NCBI GenBank assembly: GCA_964016885.1
Contig: OZ024748.1
Span: 17,236,001-17,300,000, forward strand
Source of the DNA: Eledone cirrhosa
Lineage: Eukaryota
Direction: 5' to 3'
Length of the DNA: 64,000 bases
Program-made: the position numbers and the translations under genes
Part shown: positions 1 to 13,419 of the stretch, piece by piece
How the letters are laid out: the number at the start of each line of letters is the position of its first letter
Numbering within the stretch: the first letter of the stretch is position 1
The notes under the pieces: model-generated
Seen by the model: only the letters and a program-made list of their open reading frames with translations
Told to the model about the DNA's origin: nothing
Databases searched by the model: none

Positions 1-59
1 ATAGATCTATACATATATACATACACACACACACACAGTGACAATTATATCAAGTGTTG

Positions 60-615
60 CACCACTCTAAACTCTGTTCAACTAGGAATGATCTCTTTGA
101 AGTATGGAGAATAATGAGGGAGAGTGGGAGATATAGAGAGTAATGAGGGAGAGAGAGGAGATAGTGACAGAAGGGGAGGTGTAGTGGGTTATATAGAGGG
201 TGAGGGGGGGGTGAGATAACGGTGGAAGGGGATAAAAGGTGAGATGTATAAGAGAGAGAGGTAAAGCACAGTGAGAGAATGGGACAAAAAACAAACAAGA
301 TAGAAGAGAGAGAGATAGAGAGACAGATTGATATATAGATAGATCAAGAAAGAGAGAGAGAGAGTGTATGTGTATGTATGTAGGAGAAAGAGAGAGATGG
401 ATAGTGAGAGAGGGGGGAGTGTAGAGTGTGTGTAATAGAGAGAGAGATAGGTAGAGAAAGAGGTAGATAGATAGATAGACAATGAGTGTGTATATGAGAG
501 AGAGAAAGAGATGGATAGTGAGAGATAGGTAGAGAGAGAATCAGGTAGGGTAGATAGATAGTGTGTGTGTTTAAGAGAGAGAGAGAAAGGGAGAGATAGA
601 AGAAGAGAGAGAGAG
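60..615. repeat. GA/GATA-rich degenerate microsatellite
   Basis: Runs of gaga/gata/gtgt. The overlapping Ser/Leu ORFs are repeat read-through. Confidence 0.85.
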
Positions 616-973
616 CTATTAAACACATCATCACTGTTACAAGATTCAAGTCAATTTTTCAATTTTCATCACAGTTTTTTTGATCTTTAAGTATTAAGGA
701 ATCAGCTATGATTGCTTTGGCAAGATTTCACTGTGTTTGATTAGCTAGTTCCTCTTAGTTATTGCCAAGGGAGGCATTGATGTTCTACAACTATTACCGA
801 TTCCTTCACCATAGCTCTTCTATCAAGAAGGAATTAGTGATGTGAAAAAAGAAAAAAAAATTTCTGTTGAGGTTTTAAAGACTTTTTGTTTTTCTTGTTT
901 TTTTTTCTTTGTTTTTTTTTGTCTAATTTATTTTTTGTTTTCTAAGAAGCAAGATCAAGGTAGAAACGGTAAA

Positions 974-1316
974 TCATTTCATCATTCATTTCATTTTACG
1001 TCCGCTTTTCCCTGCTTGCAAGGGTGGGACAGGAACTGATTCTGGCTTGATTTCTACAGCTGGATGCCCTTCCTAACACCAACCTCATTTACAGTGAGTG
1101 CTGGGTGCTTTTTTGCCGTGGCACCTCCACAACCACTTTGCAGTGGAATGATATGGACCCCAGTCCCTATCATCTCATTTTTACAGCTGAGTAAACTGGA
1201 GCAATGTGAAATAAAGTGTCTTGCTCAAGGAAACAACACATCACCCGGTCTGAGAATTGAACTCACAACCTTTCGATTGCAAGGCCAATTCTCTAACCAC
1301 TAAGCCATGTGCCTCC
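974..1316 (-). mobile_element. tRNA-derived SINE family A (CORE-like centre, RTE-like 3' tail ending in (ATG)n)
   Basis: Reverse complement starts ggaggcacatggcttagtggttagag (A box), then gagttcaattc (B box) and ccttgagcaagacactttatttcac (CORE-like). Near-identical to six other copies in the window. Confidence 0.9.
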
Positions 1317-1376
<60 letters not shown>

Positions 1377-1380
<4 letters not shown>

Positions 1381-1500
1381 AGATTCAGGACCCCGATGGC
1401 TGAGCTCAGGCCATTTCGACAGCTAGAGCTGATTAAATAATTAAAATAGAGTGTGTTTCATTAGAACTACCATCATGGAAAGAGTTAATCCGGTTATTGG
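1377..1500 (-). mobile_element. Fragment of the short island family also at 53338 and 58308
   Basis: Reverse complement gctgtcgaaatggcctgagctcagccatcggggtcctgaatcttttc matches 58373-58418 and 53338-53365. Lies between (TG)n and (TA)n. Confidence 0.55.
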
Positions 1501-1920
1501 AATATATATATACATATCTATATATATATATCTAATTATAATTAAATAGCTCTGTACTATACATAGAGCACTCTTCTTTCCTTTAGCTTTTCCATGGAAA
1601 TATATAACATATATATATGTATATATATGTGTGTGTATATATATATATTAGAAAAGGGAAGAAAGGTTCTATAACATTTAATAAGATGAATTTTAATAAT
1701 ACATCGAAACCGGTAATACTTTATATACTTTATATACTTTATATACTTTATATACTTTATATACTTTATATACATTATAAAACTTTTGTTTAAATGAATT
1801 GTCCCTTTTATTTTTTCAATAATGTCATCTTTTCAATAATGTCACTTTGATGAATCAAAGAAAGGAAAAAAAAAGAAAAACAGACCCTAAAATATATTTT
1901 CTGTGCTATTTCCAACTTCA

Positions 1921-2117
<197 letters not shown>

Positions 2118-2370
2118 AGGGATTCCCTTCTTTGTTTCTGTGCCTCTCCTTTGTTCAGTCACTGAAGAGGTCACAGAGTATATATATATATATACACACA
2201 CACACATATTCCTGTAACTTGATTAACTCTTTCTAACGAAACAAACTCTTTTTTAATTATTTAATGAAGATCTTTGAAGGATTTGCTACAATTAGGATTT
2301 TTTTTATTACAAAGATTAGAATTAAATATATGGTTCTTATATAAACGAATGTTGGAAGGTGTTAATTTAA

Positions 2371-2588
2371 CCCTTTAGCATTTAAACCGGTCATATCCGG
2401 CCAGGATTCTCTCACTCCTTTCTGTTCAAACTAGCCGTAACAGGCCACTCATACTTATGTTATGGTATTGTTCTAAAAATAAATATCAAAATCTCATAGA
2501 TTCGATATTATGCGAGATAATTATGTAAAATAAAGCCTTTACCACAAAAATACAATAGTATATATAGAGTAATGCAAATGTTAAAGGG
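2371..2588. mobile_element. piggyBac-type MITE
   Basis: TTAA|ccctttagcattt ... aaatgttaaaggg|TTAA. Homologous to 6305, 26911 and 52139. Confidence 0.85.
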
Positions 2589-3114
2589 TTAATCCTTTTC
2601 ATACCTAGCTACCTAATTCTTCTTCTTCCTTTCTTCTTCTCATGGATGTTATACAACCAACTTCCTCAGGGTCTATCCCTTGTTGGCTTTGCCCTTAAAA
2701 TGTGTCCAGCAATTTCTTTTCTTTTTCCTGAGATATTCTAACCACATAGCCATAGTATCAGAGCTGTGATCTCTCAATTCAGAGAAGTAACAGCTCTACA
2801 TGGAGTATCTCTCTTATCTCTGAGTTACACATCTACCGAGTAACAAAATGGCTTCTGTTTCAATATGATTTGATATGAGAACCTTTTGTTCAGTTATGTT
2901 AGAAATACTAACTTAATAACAAAGTAATTGGATTACATAATGTTTAGAACCAATGGTTTGGAATCAAAATGGTTAAGCTGATGTTTAGAACCGAAGGTGG
3001 TTTCCAGTGCCTTGGAATCAAAATGTTTAAGGCAGTTCTCAGTGGTTGGGGATCAAAATGTTTAAGGCAGTTCTCAGTGGTTTGGGATCAAAATGTTTAA
3101 GCCAAGGTTTAGAA

Positions 3115-3407
3115 CATGTATGGGCATCCTTTTTTGAGAAGTGGGCTGCATGAGATATGGCTCATCATCAGGTGGGCCGCAAGCGCTAATTTACATTCAT
3201 GCCCACATTTTAAAAAAAGGAGCGGTAACTCAGGTTGTTTTGATTTGTTTCTTCAGAATTCCTACACGTTGTTTTCCTCGATCATAACAATGATAGAAAG
3301 ATAAATTATGACTGAAAAGTTGGGGTAAAAAAGTCAGAAAGATTTCACTTAGGTGACTTAGACGAGCAATTCAGAAAGCTTCGCGGGCCGCAGGTTGCCC
3401 ATGACTG
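3115..3407. mobile_element. hAT-type MITE
   Basis: Imperfect TIRs catgtatgggcatcc / ggttgcccatgactg, 8-bp TSD gtttagaa on both sides (3107-3114, 3408-3415), internal gggccgca motifs. Confidence 0.75.
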
Positions 3408-3989
3408 GTTTAGAACCTAACTTTAAAAAGGTTCTTACATAAACTTATGACGAAAGGTTTTTAGAGAAATCTAAACACGTTAAAATAGACAGCGTTGTAT
3501 GATAGGGCCAGGGATGGTTTCATATCAAATGTGATACAAATAATTTTTAATAGGAAAACAATAGTCATTAGTTCCATCATTTATGTGGAAACAAGAAATG
3601 ACATTTCTTTTATTATTTTCTTGTTTTGCTTCATCGCTTTTAGTCTTTAACATATAGCAATGAGATATTACCCAAGAAGGGGACGGAGTTGAAATGAAAA
3701 TATTTAAGTTGCTTTGCTAGTGTTAAATAACATTATTAACATATCCCTGAAGGGGCCTTCCAACTAACACAATAGAATCAGCTATAAACATGTTTGTTTC
3801 TAAAGAGTTATTGCCAAATTACATTTTGATTAATTTCTTTGTCATAATGTCTATGACCTGGTGATGACCCCTGGGGTCAAGAGGTCAATTTGTTGTGAGA
3901 ATACAGCTGAAGGCAATTCATTTAGTTATGGAAGGGCATTGATATATTAGTCTGTGTGTAAATAAACATGCAACAACAACTATGTAAAA

Positions 3990-4684
3990 AATACAAAAAA
4001 CAAACAAGGAAAACACACACAAACATATACATACACATACATGAACATGTACACATACACACAGACAAACACATACTCACATGGACAGAAACACACATAC
4101 AAACTGGACACAAACACATGCCACATAGACACAAACACTTACACACATAAACACACACATGGACACACACAAACACACACACATATATACACATATATAC
4201 ACATGAACACATATATACACACACACTCACAAACATACACACAAGCATGGATACAAACACACATACAGATGTGGACACCACATACATATACACATGGGCA
4301 AATACATGTGGGCACATACACATAAACACATGGACACAGAAAAACACACACACACACACATGGACATATAGACTCATAAACACATTGACACAGAAACACA
4401 CACACACATGGATATATACACTGATAAACACACAAACACATACACACACATGTAAATAAATGGACACAGACACACACACACACATTTATATATATACACA
4501 TGGACATATACTCTCATAAACACATTGACACAGAAACACACACACACATGGACATATACACTTATAAACACACAAACACATACACACACACATGTAAATA
4601 CATGGAAAAAGACACACACACACACACATGTAAATACATGGACACAGACACACACACACACACACATGTAAATACATGGACACA

Positions 4685-4767
<83 letters not shown>

Positions 4768-4775
4768 GGACACAG

Positions 4776-4807
<32 letters not shown>

Positions 4808-4825
4808 GTAAATACATGGACAAAG

Positions 4826-4858
<33 letters not shown>

Positions 4859-5090
4859 CACATGAACATATACTCTCATAAACACACAAACACATACACA
4901 CACATGTAAATACATGGACACAGACACACACACACACACACATATATACACATGGACATATACTCTCATAAACACACAAAACACATACACACACATGTAA
5001 ATACATGGACACAGACACACACACACATACATATATACACTCATAAAGACATTCACATTGATACAGGAACACACAGCTATACAGACACGC
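3990..5090. repeat. CA-rich compound microsatellite with recurring catgtaaatacatggacacaga units
   Basis: Directly visible. The Cys/Val and His/Thr ORFs are read-through. Confidence 0.9.
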
Positions 5091-5414
5091 AGGGGAAAGT
5101 TTGTGTTGTTTTCCTAGTCGCCCTTTTTCACAATAAAACCTAACCTTCTCTCACCCTGACAACTTTCTGCACTGTTGGCAAGCTACTGCCAGACTGCATA
5201 ATTCTTCTCAACCTTTGACTTAACAACTCAATCAATTTACAATTACATCATAAAAAAAAAATACACATCTACACAGAAAAATACACACACACACACAGAC
5301 AAATAAACATATCTACATATACATATACACACAAGGCGTGTGTGTGGGTGTGCGTGTGTATACATGCGTGTTTCTGCATGTATGCCTATGTATGCATGTG
5401 TTCTTGTGTTTGTA

Positions 5415-5445
<31 letters not shown>

Positions 5446-5479
5446 CTAACCCATGCTAGCGTGGAAGAACGGACGTAAA

Positions 5480-5910
5480 ACGGTGATGATGATGATGATA
5501 TGTATGTATGTATGTTTATTTATGTATGTATGTATATATATGTATGTATGTTTATTTATGTATATATATATATATGTATGTATGTATGTTTATGTATGTA
5601 TATATATATATATGTATGTATGTTTATTTGTGTATGTATGTATATATATATATATATGTATGTATCTATGTTTATTTATGTATATATATTTATATTTATT
5701 TATATATATATGTATGTACGTTTATATATATATATATATGTATGTACGTTTATATATATATATGTATGTATGTACGTTTATATATATATATGTATGTACA
5801 TATATTTATGTATATATATATATAGATAGTTATGTACGTTTATTTGTGTGTGTATTTATATATATATGTACGTTTATTTATATATATATATGTATATATA
5901 TATATTTATT

Positions 5911-5961
<51 letters not shown>

Positions 5962-6050
5962 GTGTGTATATATATATATGTGTGTGTATATATATGTGTG
6001 TGTATGGATGTGGAAAATGGACATTAAACAATGATGATGATATATATATA
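5480..6050. repeat. TA/TATG-rich microsatellite
   Basis: Directly visible. Confidence 0.9.
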
Positions 6051-6304
6051 TATTCACCATAATTTTTACATCTGTTTTTCCATGCTTGCATGGGTTGGAA
6101 AGGTCTTTTTCAAGACAGCTTCCTTCCACTCATTGGTTTCATTCATCACCTCCTCTGCTTCTGCCCTGTTAACTTTGATAACCAATCCTTCTGGTGAGTC
6201 TACTGTGAATAGTTCTACTTATTTCCATTCTTATTCTTATTTCCACACTCATCAATCTTTCATAACATTACATAGTCTCTTTACTTTTTTCTGAGCCTCA
6301 TTAA

Positions 6305-6512
6305 CCCTTTAGCATTTACATTACTCTATATTTACTATTATATTTTCACAGCAAAGTCTTTATTTCACATAATATCGAATCTATGAGATTTTGATGTTAT
6401 TTATTTTGAGAACAATACCTTAACATCAGTATGAGTGGCCAATTACTGCCGATTTGAACAGAAAGGAGTGAGAGAATTCTGGCTGGATATGGCCGATTTA
6501 AATGCTAAAGGG
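6305..6512. mobile_element. piggyBac-type MITE (opposite orientation to 2371)
   Basis: TTAA|ccctttagcattt ... aaatgctaaaggg|TTAA. Confidence 0.87.
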
Positions 6513-6927
6513 TTAAGGGCTAAGTACACTGGTATCACTCGCTATCCCCCGTCCTCGCAGAGACATCTTGATTCACATTGACACACATTGACACACTGCT
6601 TGTCAATGTGGAACACCTCACACTTTTGATCTTCATGTTGAAGCAAGTTGACAAACCTTCAGTATTCCACTTCTGAACATGCTGTGTCAAGCTGTCATCC
6701 AGTTTCTCTTTCAGCTGCTTTTAGTTTTTGTCTTACCTAAAAGCTAAAGAGAATTATATATATATATATATCTATATATATATATCTATATATATATATA
6801 ATTGGTGTGAGATGCTTAAAGCGTCCGTATGCGGTAGGCCGTTTGAGCACTCGATGCTCTTACAGAGCGGAGTATAATATCTCATAAGAAATGGAGAATC
6901 AGTAGTGCGACAAATTAAAATTTATTA

Positions 6928-7022
6928 GACATGTTACAATTGTTTCTCTGGTGACCAGCTCGAGGCACAATCGATGCAATGATTGAACCTGACTCTGAAA
7001 TCGCAAGATCCTCAGATACGTC
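6928..7022 (-). ncRNA. Type I hammerhead ribozyme motif with extended stem II, in island 6800-7055
   Basis: Reverse complement: gacgtat-ctgagga-tct...aga-gaaa-c-aatt-g-ta-acatgtc. Intact core, palindromic stem III loop. Island homologous to 37352 and 43991. Confidence 0.7.
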
Positions 7023-7064
7023 TCGATTCTTCGAAGCAGAGTTTCCAAATTGGAAATAATTTAA

Positions 7065-7249
7065 ATAATTATTTCTACGTTTGGCACAAGGCCAGCAATT
7101 ATCCCTGTGCATTACTGGTACTTTATTTTATTGACCCCATAAGGATGAAAGGCAAAGTTAACCTTTGACGGGATTTGAACTCAGACCATAAAGGGCCATA
7201 ACTCTATGCTGCAAAGCACAGCGTCCGGCCCTCTAACAATACTGCCAAT
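7065..7249 (-). mobile_element. tRNA-derived SINE family B
   Basis: Reverse complement of ttggcagtat..gagttcaaatcccg..actttgcctttcatccttat..gtaccagtaatgcac..ggccttgtgcc. Confidence 0.85.
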
Positions 7250-8094
7250 GCATATAAAACCAAATTTATTTTAATGCATTTTTTAAAGATTTTGTTGTGT
7301 ATACATTTTTGGGGGAACACCCTGTATATATAAATATCTACTGCAGCAATCGGTGTGTTTTATCTATAAAAAAGAAATCTACCTGTCTTCTGTCACAGGA
7401 AAAAAAATCATCCAACTATCTATTGAGTGGTGTGTATCTAGTTAAATGTTTACAGTGGTGGAACAGAATCTTGTGAAATTGTTATATAATACAGCTTAGA
7501 AATTTAATAACATAAAATGTTAATTCTATCCATAGCAGAAGCTTTCTCATATTGAAGGTGCTAAAATATAATTTATTTATTAAAAAACTTACAACAAATA
7601 TATTGAACGGATGTTATTAAAATGTATAACAAATATATTAAATTTAAATTATTGATTGTGACTGCTAAAGACAAATATTCTAAATCTTATTAAAATATAA
7701 TTTAATGAAATGCAGTGAAATATTCAGCTTTAATTCTGTTATATCACAATTTTCTAGGGTTACAACTAACTGAATTAATAATAAGACATATTAGACTATG
7801 AACTGTAAGGTTTGATAATGGTTTGTGTTACATAAATTACACAGACTACATTTTTGATTGATTGTTCAACTGAATCTCATTCGCTTCCTAAGCAGGATGG
7901 ACCTCATTAAATTGGACCAAGGAAACAATGTTTCCATTGGCCTTGCCATTGCTAAACTTATCTACTGGTTGCAACTCCTTTGAAGAAGAAACTAAATTAT
8001 TACAGGCTTAGTCTGGTGGTATGGTATGGTATGGTTCTGTAACTCCTGATGGAGTTGATGAGCCACCATATCAACATATATTATTTCTTGGGCA

Positions 8095-8284
8095 TGGCGG
8101 TAGATTGGCAGTATTGGTAGAGGGTCGGACACCATGCTTTGACGCATAGAGTTACGGCCCTTGCCATTCTGAGTTCAAATCCCGCCGAGGTTAACTTTGC
8201 CTTTCATCCTTACGGGGTCGATAAAATAAAGTACCAGTAATGCACTGGATAATTGCTGGCCTTGTGCCTAAAGTAGAAACAATT
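8095..8284 (+). mobile_element. SINE family B
   Basis: ttggcagtattggtagag (A box), gagttcaaatccc (B box), conserved gcctttcatccttacggggtcgataaaataaagtaccag domain. Confidence 0.88.
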
Positions 8285-9261
8285 ATTTCTTGGGCATTTC
8301 CTTAAAGCCTGGCAGAGTCCATCCTTCAATAAGTCTGAACACAGAAGATTTCTTCCAAAGAAGGATAAAGTGAGAGAGAGGAAGTGAGAATGTATTTGAC
8401 TGGTACTTTTCTTTTTTATTGAACTCAAATGGATGAAAATGTTTCCATTGACAAGGCCAATGAGATATAGAAGAAGAATTGACTCTAGTAATCGACTGGT
8501 ATTTTTCTTTTTTATCAAACTCAGATGGATGAAAGGCAAAGTTGATCTCAGCAAGATTTAAACTGAGAGAGCTGAACCAGAACAAGTACTGCAACTACTT
8601 GATATTCATATTCTATCTGATATTTTAACATTTCTGCTTAATCTGGCCATTGTTAACAGGGTGGACTGGGTGCTTTTCTGTTGTGGTGCCATGAATATAT
8701 AATCTATATTAATCTATGTATCAACAAACAACAAACAAAAGACTGATGTCAGTGCATGACTTAATATGTGTATGGGAGGAGAAGAGGGAGAGAGAGAGAG
8801 AGGCTAATGAATTGTGTGGGTGAAGAAGAGAGACAGAGTGAGTGAGAGAGAAGTGAATGATGTGGAGGGAGAAGAGAGAGAGAGAGAGAGATTAAGGAAT
8901 TGTGTGGAGAGAGAAGAGAGATACAGAAAGGGAGAGAGTGAGAAAGAAGTTAATGAATTCTGTGGGTGGAGAAGAGAGAGAGAGAGATTAATGAAATGTG
9001 TAGAGAGAGAAGATAGGGAGATAGAGAGGGGGGGGGGTTAATGAATTGTGTGGGAGGAGAAGAGAGACAGACAGAGGGAGAGAATGAAAGAGAGAGGATA
9101 ATGAATTAAGTGAGATATTGATTAATAGAAAGACTGGTGCTTCTATGATTTGGACAAATTAACAGGATGAAAAATGAGTGTATACATTCATAATTAATAT
9201 ATACATATATATATATACACCCACAATGACAAATTACGAGTGTGTGTATATATAGGTGACA

Positions 9262-10110
9262 GTGAAAGAGAGAGAAACAGACAGACAGACAGACAGACAG
9301 ACAGAGAGACAGAGAAACAGACACAGAACAGAGAGGAAGAGAGACAGACAGAGAGGGAGAGAGACAGACAGAGAGAGAGAGAGACAGGCAGAGAGGGAGA
9401 GAGGCAGGCAGAGAGGGAGAGAGACAGACAGAAAGGGAGAGAGACAGACAGAGAGGGAGAGAGACAGACAGAGAGGGAGAGAGACAGACAGAGAGGGAGA
9501 GAGACAGACAGAGAGGGAGAGAGGCAGAGAGGGAGAGAGACAGGCAGAGAGGGAGAGAGACAGGCAGAGAGGGAGAGAGACAGACAGACAGAGAGGGAGA
9601 GAGACAGACAGGGAGAGAGACAGACAGAGAGGGAGAGAGACAGACAGAGAGGGAGAGAGACAGGCAGGGAGGGAGAGAGAGAGGAAGAGAGACAGGCAGA
9701 GAGGGAGAGAGACAGGCAGAGAGGGAGAGAGACAGGCAGAGAGGAAGAGAGACAGACAGGGAGAGAGGGAGAGAGACAGACAGAGAGGAAGAGAGACAGG
9801 CAGAGAGGAAGAGAGACAGACAGGGAGAGAGGGAGAGAGACAGACAGAGAGGAAGAGAGACAGACAGAGAGGAAGAGAGACAGAGAGGAAGAGAGACACA
9901 CAGAGCAGAGAGGAAGAGAGACCGACAGAGAGCAGAGAGGAAGAGAGACAGGTAGAGAGGAAGAGAGACAGACAGAGAGCAGAGAGGAAGAGAGACAGAC
10001 AGAGAGCAGAGAGGAAGAGAGACAGACAGAGAGCAGAGAGGAAGAGAGACAGACAGAGAGCAGAGAGGAAGAGAGACAGACGGAGAGGGAGAGGGAGAGA
10101 GAGCGGGAGA
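9262..10110. repeat. GA/GACA compound microsatellite
   Basis: Units like gagagggagagagacagaca. The Arg/Glu and Ser/Leu ORFs are read-through. Confidence 0.92.
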
Positions 10111-10174
10111 TGAATAACATTCTTTTTAAAGATGTATTTATAACTATTTTCATGTATTATTTATGTACATATAA

Positions 10175-10363
10175 GGGCGGTGGATTGGCAGTATCGGTAG
10201 AGGGTCGGACGCCATGCTTTCCAGCATAGTTACGTCCCTTTACGATCTGAGTTCAAATCCCGCCGAGGTTGACTTTGCCTTTCATCCTTACGGGGTCGAT
10301 AAAATAAAGTACCAGTAATGCACTGGATAATTGCTGGCCTTGTGCCTAAAGTAGAAACAATTA
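10175..10363 (+). mobile_element. SINE family B
   Basis: Near-identical to the copies at 11881 and 49715. Confidence 0.9.
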
Positions 10364-10593
10364 TTTATGTACATATAATATATATACTTTATTACAAACT
10401 GTGTGTTGTGGTCTTTGGGTTTATTTTGTTGGATTTAGATGTCTGTACAGTCAAAAACATCATCATCATCATCGTCATCATCACTACCATCATCATGCAT
10501 TTGTTTTTTTCCCATTCTGACATTGGTTGGAGAGGACATTACAGATCAAAGTCATTACTTAATCAGAGCTACATATATATATATATATATATA

Positions 10594-10904
10594 TCATTTT
10601 ACGTCCGCTTTTCCCTGCTTGCAAGGGTGGGACGGGAACTGATTCTGGCTTGATTTCTACAGCTCGATGCCCTTCCTAACACCAACCTCATTTACAGTGA
10701 GTGTTGGGTGCTTTTTTGCCGTGGCACCTCCACGACCACTTTGCAGTGGAATGATAGGAACCCCAGTCCCTATCATCTCATTTCTGGAGCAATGTGAAAT
10801 AAAGTGTCTTGCTCAAGGAAACAACACATCACTCGGTCTGAGAATTGAACTCGCAACCTTTCGATTGCAAGGCCAATGCTCTAACCACTAAGCCATATGC
10901 CTCC
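10594..10904 (-). mobile_element. SINE family A
   Basis: Matches 974-1316 with a small internal deletion. Confidence 0.9.
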
Positions 10905-10921
10905 ATATATATATATAGTAA

Positions 10922-11168
10922 TGATTGTTTCTACTTTTGGCACAAGGCCAGCAATTACCCAGTACATTACTGGTACTTTATTTTATCAACCCCGTAAGGA
11001 TGAAAGGCAAAGTTAACCTCAGAGGGATTTGAACTCAGATCATATAGGGACGTAACTATGCTGGAAAACATGTCTGACCCTCTACCGATACTGCCAATTC
11101 ACAGTAATAATTGTTTCTACTTTTGGCACAAGGCCAGCAATTACCCAGTACATTACTGGTACTTTATT
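10922..11168 (-). mobile_element. SINE family B plus a duplicated 3' fragment
   Basis: Reverse copy 10922-11100 and a repeat of its 3' end at about 11108-11168. Confidence 0.85.
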
Positions 11169-11191
11169 CACAGTAATAATAATAATAAATG

Positions 11192-11406
11192 TGAAGACTA
11201 AAATCCAAAGAGGGCTCGATAAGGATAAATATATATAAAATATATAAGCACCCTAGAGCAAATATTTATTAAAATAACAGATTAAAGTTTAAGCAAAGAA
11301 TCACTGCTTTCACTCTTTACGGGATCTTCTGAAACTCAGAAGACCCCGTAAAGGGTGAAAGCAGTGATTCTTTGCTTAAACTTTAATCTGTTATTTTAAT
11401 AAATAT
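11192..11406. mobile_element. Fold-back Penelope-terminus-like island (71-bp arms, 3-nt loop)
   Basis: 11262-11332 is the reverse complement of 11336-11406 with 2 mismatches. Degenerate hammerhead-like cagaaga-ccc..ggg-tgaaa. Second copy at 53805-54185. Confidence 0.75.
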
Positions 11407-11454
11407 ATATATATATATATTTAAAAAGAATAGAGGTGTAACACACGAGTTATG

Positions 11455-11843
11455 ATATATTGGTAAAAGGAAAAGAAAATGCTGACAAATTGTTCCCAGT
11501 GAAAAATAGTTTAATTAGGAATAAGTAAAAATTATTAATAAGTATTGGTTAGTATTCAGTTTTGGTTTTAAGTTTTTACCGGTTGCGCATTTCTAATGCT
11601 TTTCAAAAATAATTTTGAGATAGAGCGTCCGTGATGTTTGCTCTAATCTAATTAGAGCAAACATCACGGGCGCTCTATCTCAAAATTATTTTTGAAAAGC
11701 ATTAGAAATGCGCAACCGGTAAAAACTTAAAACCAAAACTGAATACTAACCAATACTTATTAATAATTTTTACTTATTCCTAATTAAACTATTTTTCACT
11801 GGGAACAATTTGTCAGCATTTTCTTTTCCTTTTACCAATATAT
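11455..11843. repeat. Near-perfect palindrome, 193-bp arms, 3-nt loop
   Basis: 11455-11647 vs 11651-11843, one mismatch seen. TA-rich flanks. Confidence 0.93.
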
Positions 11844-11880
11844 ATATATTATATTATTATATTATTTATATATGTTCATT

Positions 11881-12068
11881 GGTGGTGGATTGGCAGTATC
11901 GGTAGAGAGTCGGACGCCATGCTTTCCAGCATAGTTACGTCCCTTTACGATCTGAGTTCAAATCCCGCCGAGGTTGACTTTGCCTTTCATCCTTACGGGG
12001 TCGATAAAATAAAGTACCAGTAATGCACTGGGTAATTGCTGGCCTTGTGCCTAAAGTAGAAACAATTA
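11881..12068 (+). mobile_element. SINE family B
   Basis: Near-identical to 10175. Confidence 0.9.
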
Positions 12069-12314
12069 TTTATATATGTTCATACACAAGGTTTCAAGGT
12101 CCAAATTTGACCCTACCTCCAGAACACAAGAGGCATCAAATTTGTGATCTTTCTTCAGGCACTTATATGAGTTTGATATTTCTTCTCCCTTCCCAGTTGA
12201 GTACTGCTTTCCTTTTCTCTTGTCACACCTTCGATTATTGCTGCATATACATATATACATACATAGATACATAGATACATACATACATACATTCATATAT
12301 AGATGTGTGTAGTG

Positions 12315-12990
12315 AATTATGAAAATATAACAAGTGTCACAGATATGTTCTTAATTAGTTTATTGTTTTACGATCGTTTCAGAGGGTTGATTGATCATGA
12401 GATGTCAATATATTGCCTAGAAACAGGTAGTGGTTATGTCCCTACCTGTTTCTGGTCTCAAAAGCTTTTGTAGAAATAACTTGACTAATATATACTATTT
12501 TCACACTGATTGCAGTTAATTCTGATATTGCATGAAATCTTCACTAACTTTCTTATTATATATATATGTGTTTGTGTGTGTGTTTATTGAACAATTGAAA
12601 AGAAACAAAAGTCACAGATATGTTTTTAATTATTTCATTGTTTTACAATCGTTCCAGAGGGTTGATTGGTCATGGTAGATTAATATCTTAACTAGCAGCT
12701 AATGGTTATGTCCCTACCTGTTTCTAGTCTCAAAAGCTTGACTAATATATACTATTTTTACTCTGGTGGCAGTTAGTTCCAATATCGCATGAAATCTTCA
12801 CTAACTTTCTCATTATATGTATGTATGTGTGTGTGTATTGAACAATGAAATAAAACAAAAGTTGAAGATAGGTTCTTAATTAGTTCATTGTTTTACGATC
12901 GTTTTAGAGGGTTGATTGAACATGGGAGATAAATATCTCGACTAGAAACAGGTAGTGGTTGGTTACATCTCTGTCTATTTCTAGTATCAA
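12315..12990 (-). repeat. About 2.5 tandem copies of a ~260-bp Penelope-terminus-like unit
   Basis: Repeated ttttacgatcgtttcagagggttgatt (reverse complement gaaacgatcgtaaaa) at about 12365, 12640 and 12890. Internal hairpin agaaacaggtag/ctacctgtttct. Copies separated by TA/TG tracts. Confidence 0.7.
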
Positions 12991-13419
12991 AATCTCTGAT
13001 CCAGCACTTGATCTTCCTCAGAACAATATACATACATTCCAACCAATATATACAAACCACAGGATGAACAAACACAGGAGATCTATTTGCGTATTGGTTG
13101 CTATTGCACAAACATACAAACAAATAAATGATTGTGATGCAATTTCTGTATTTCCTAAGATATGTGTAAATCCATTATGTATGTTTGGAATTACTTGCTT
13201 TCTGGCATTCCAGTTTTATTGCTGTAGGTCTCATTAAATGTAAGCTACTGAATGAAATATATAAGAGCTGAGTTGAAACAAATCACTGATTGGAACTGTG
13301 TGTTTAAACACAAAGGTATTTGTTTTATGGCCTCAGATTAATATATAACTTAGTAATAATACATAGCCAGGTATCAATGGAGAATTAGATCTAAGCTCCT
13401 CCTAGTAAAATGGTTCTAT

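Noticed and set aside
1064-1303. Recurrent 70-79 aa ORF MPFLTPTSFTVSAG...
   Set aside because: Antisense reading of SINE A. It recurs only because the SINE does and is broken in other copies.
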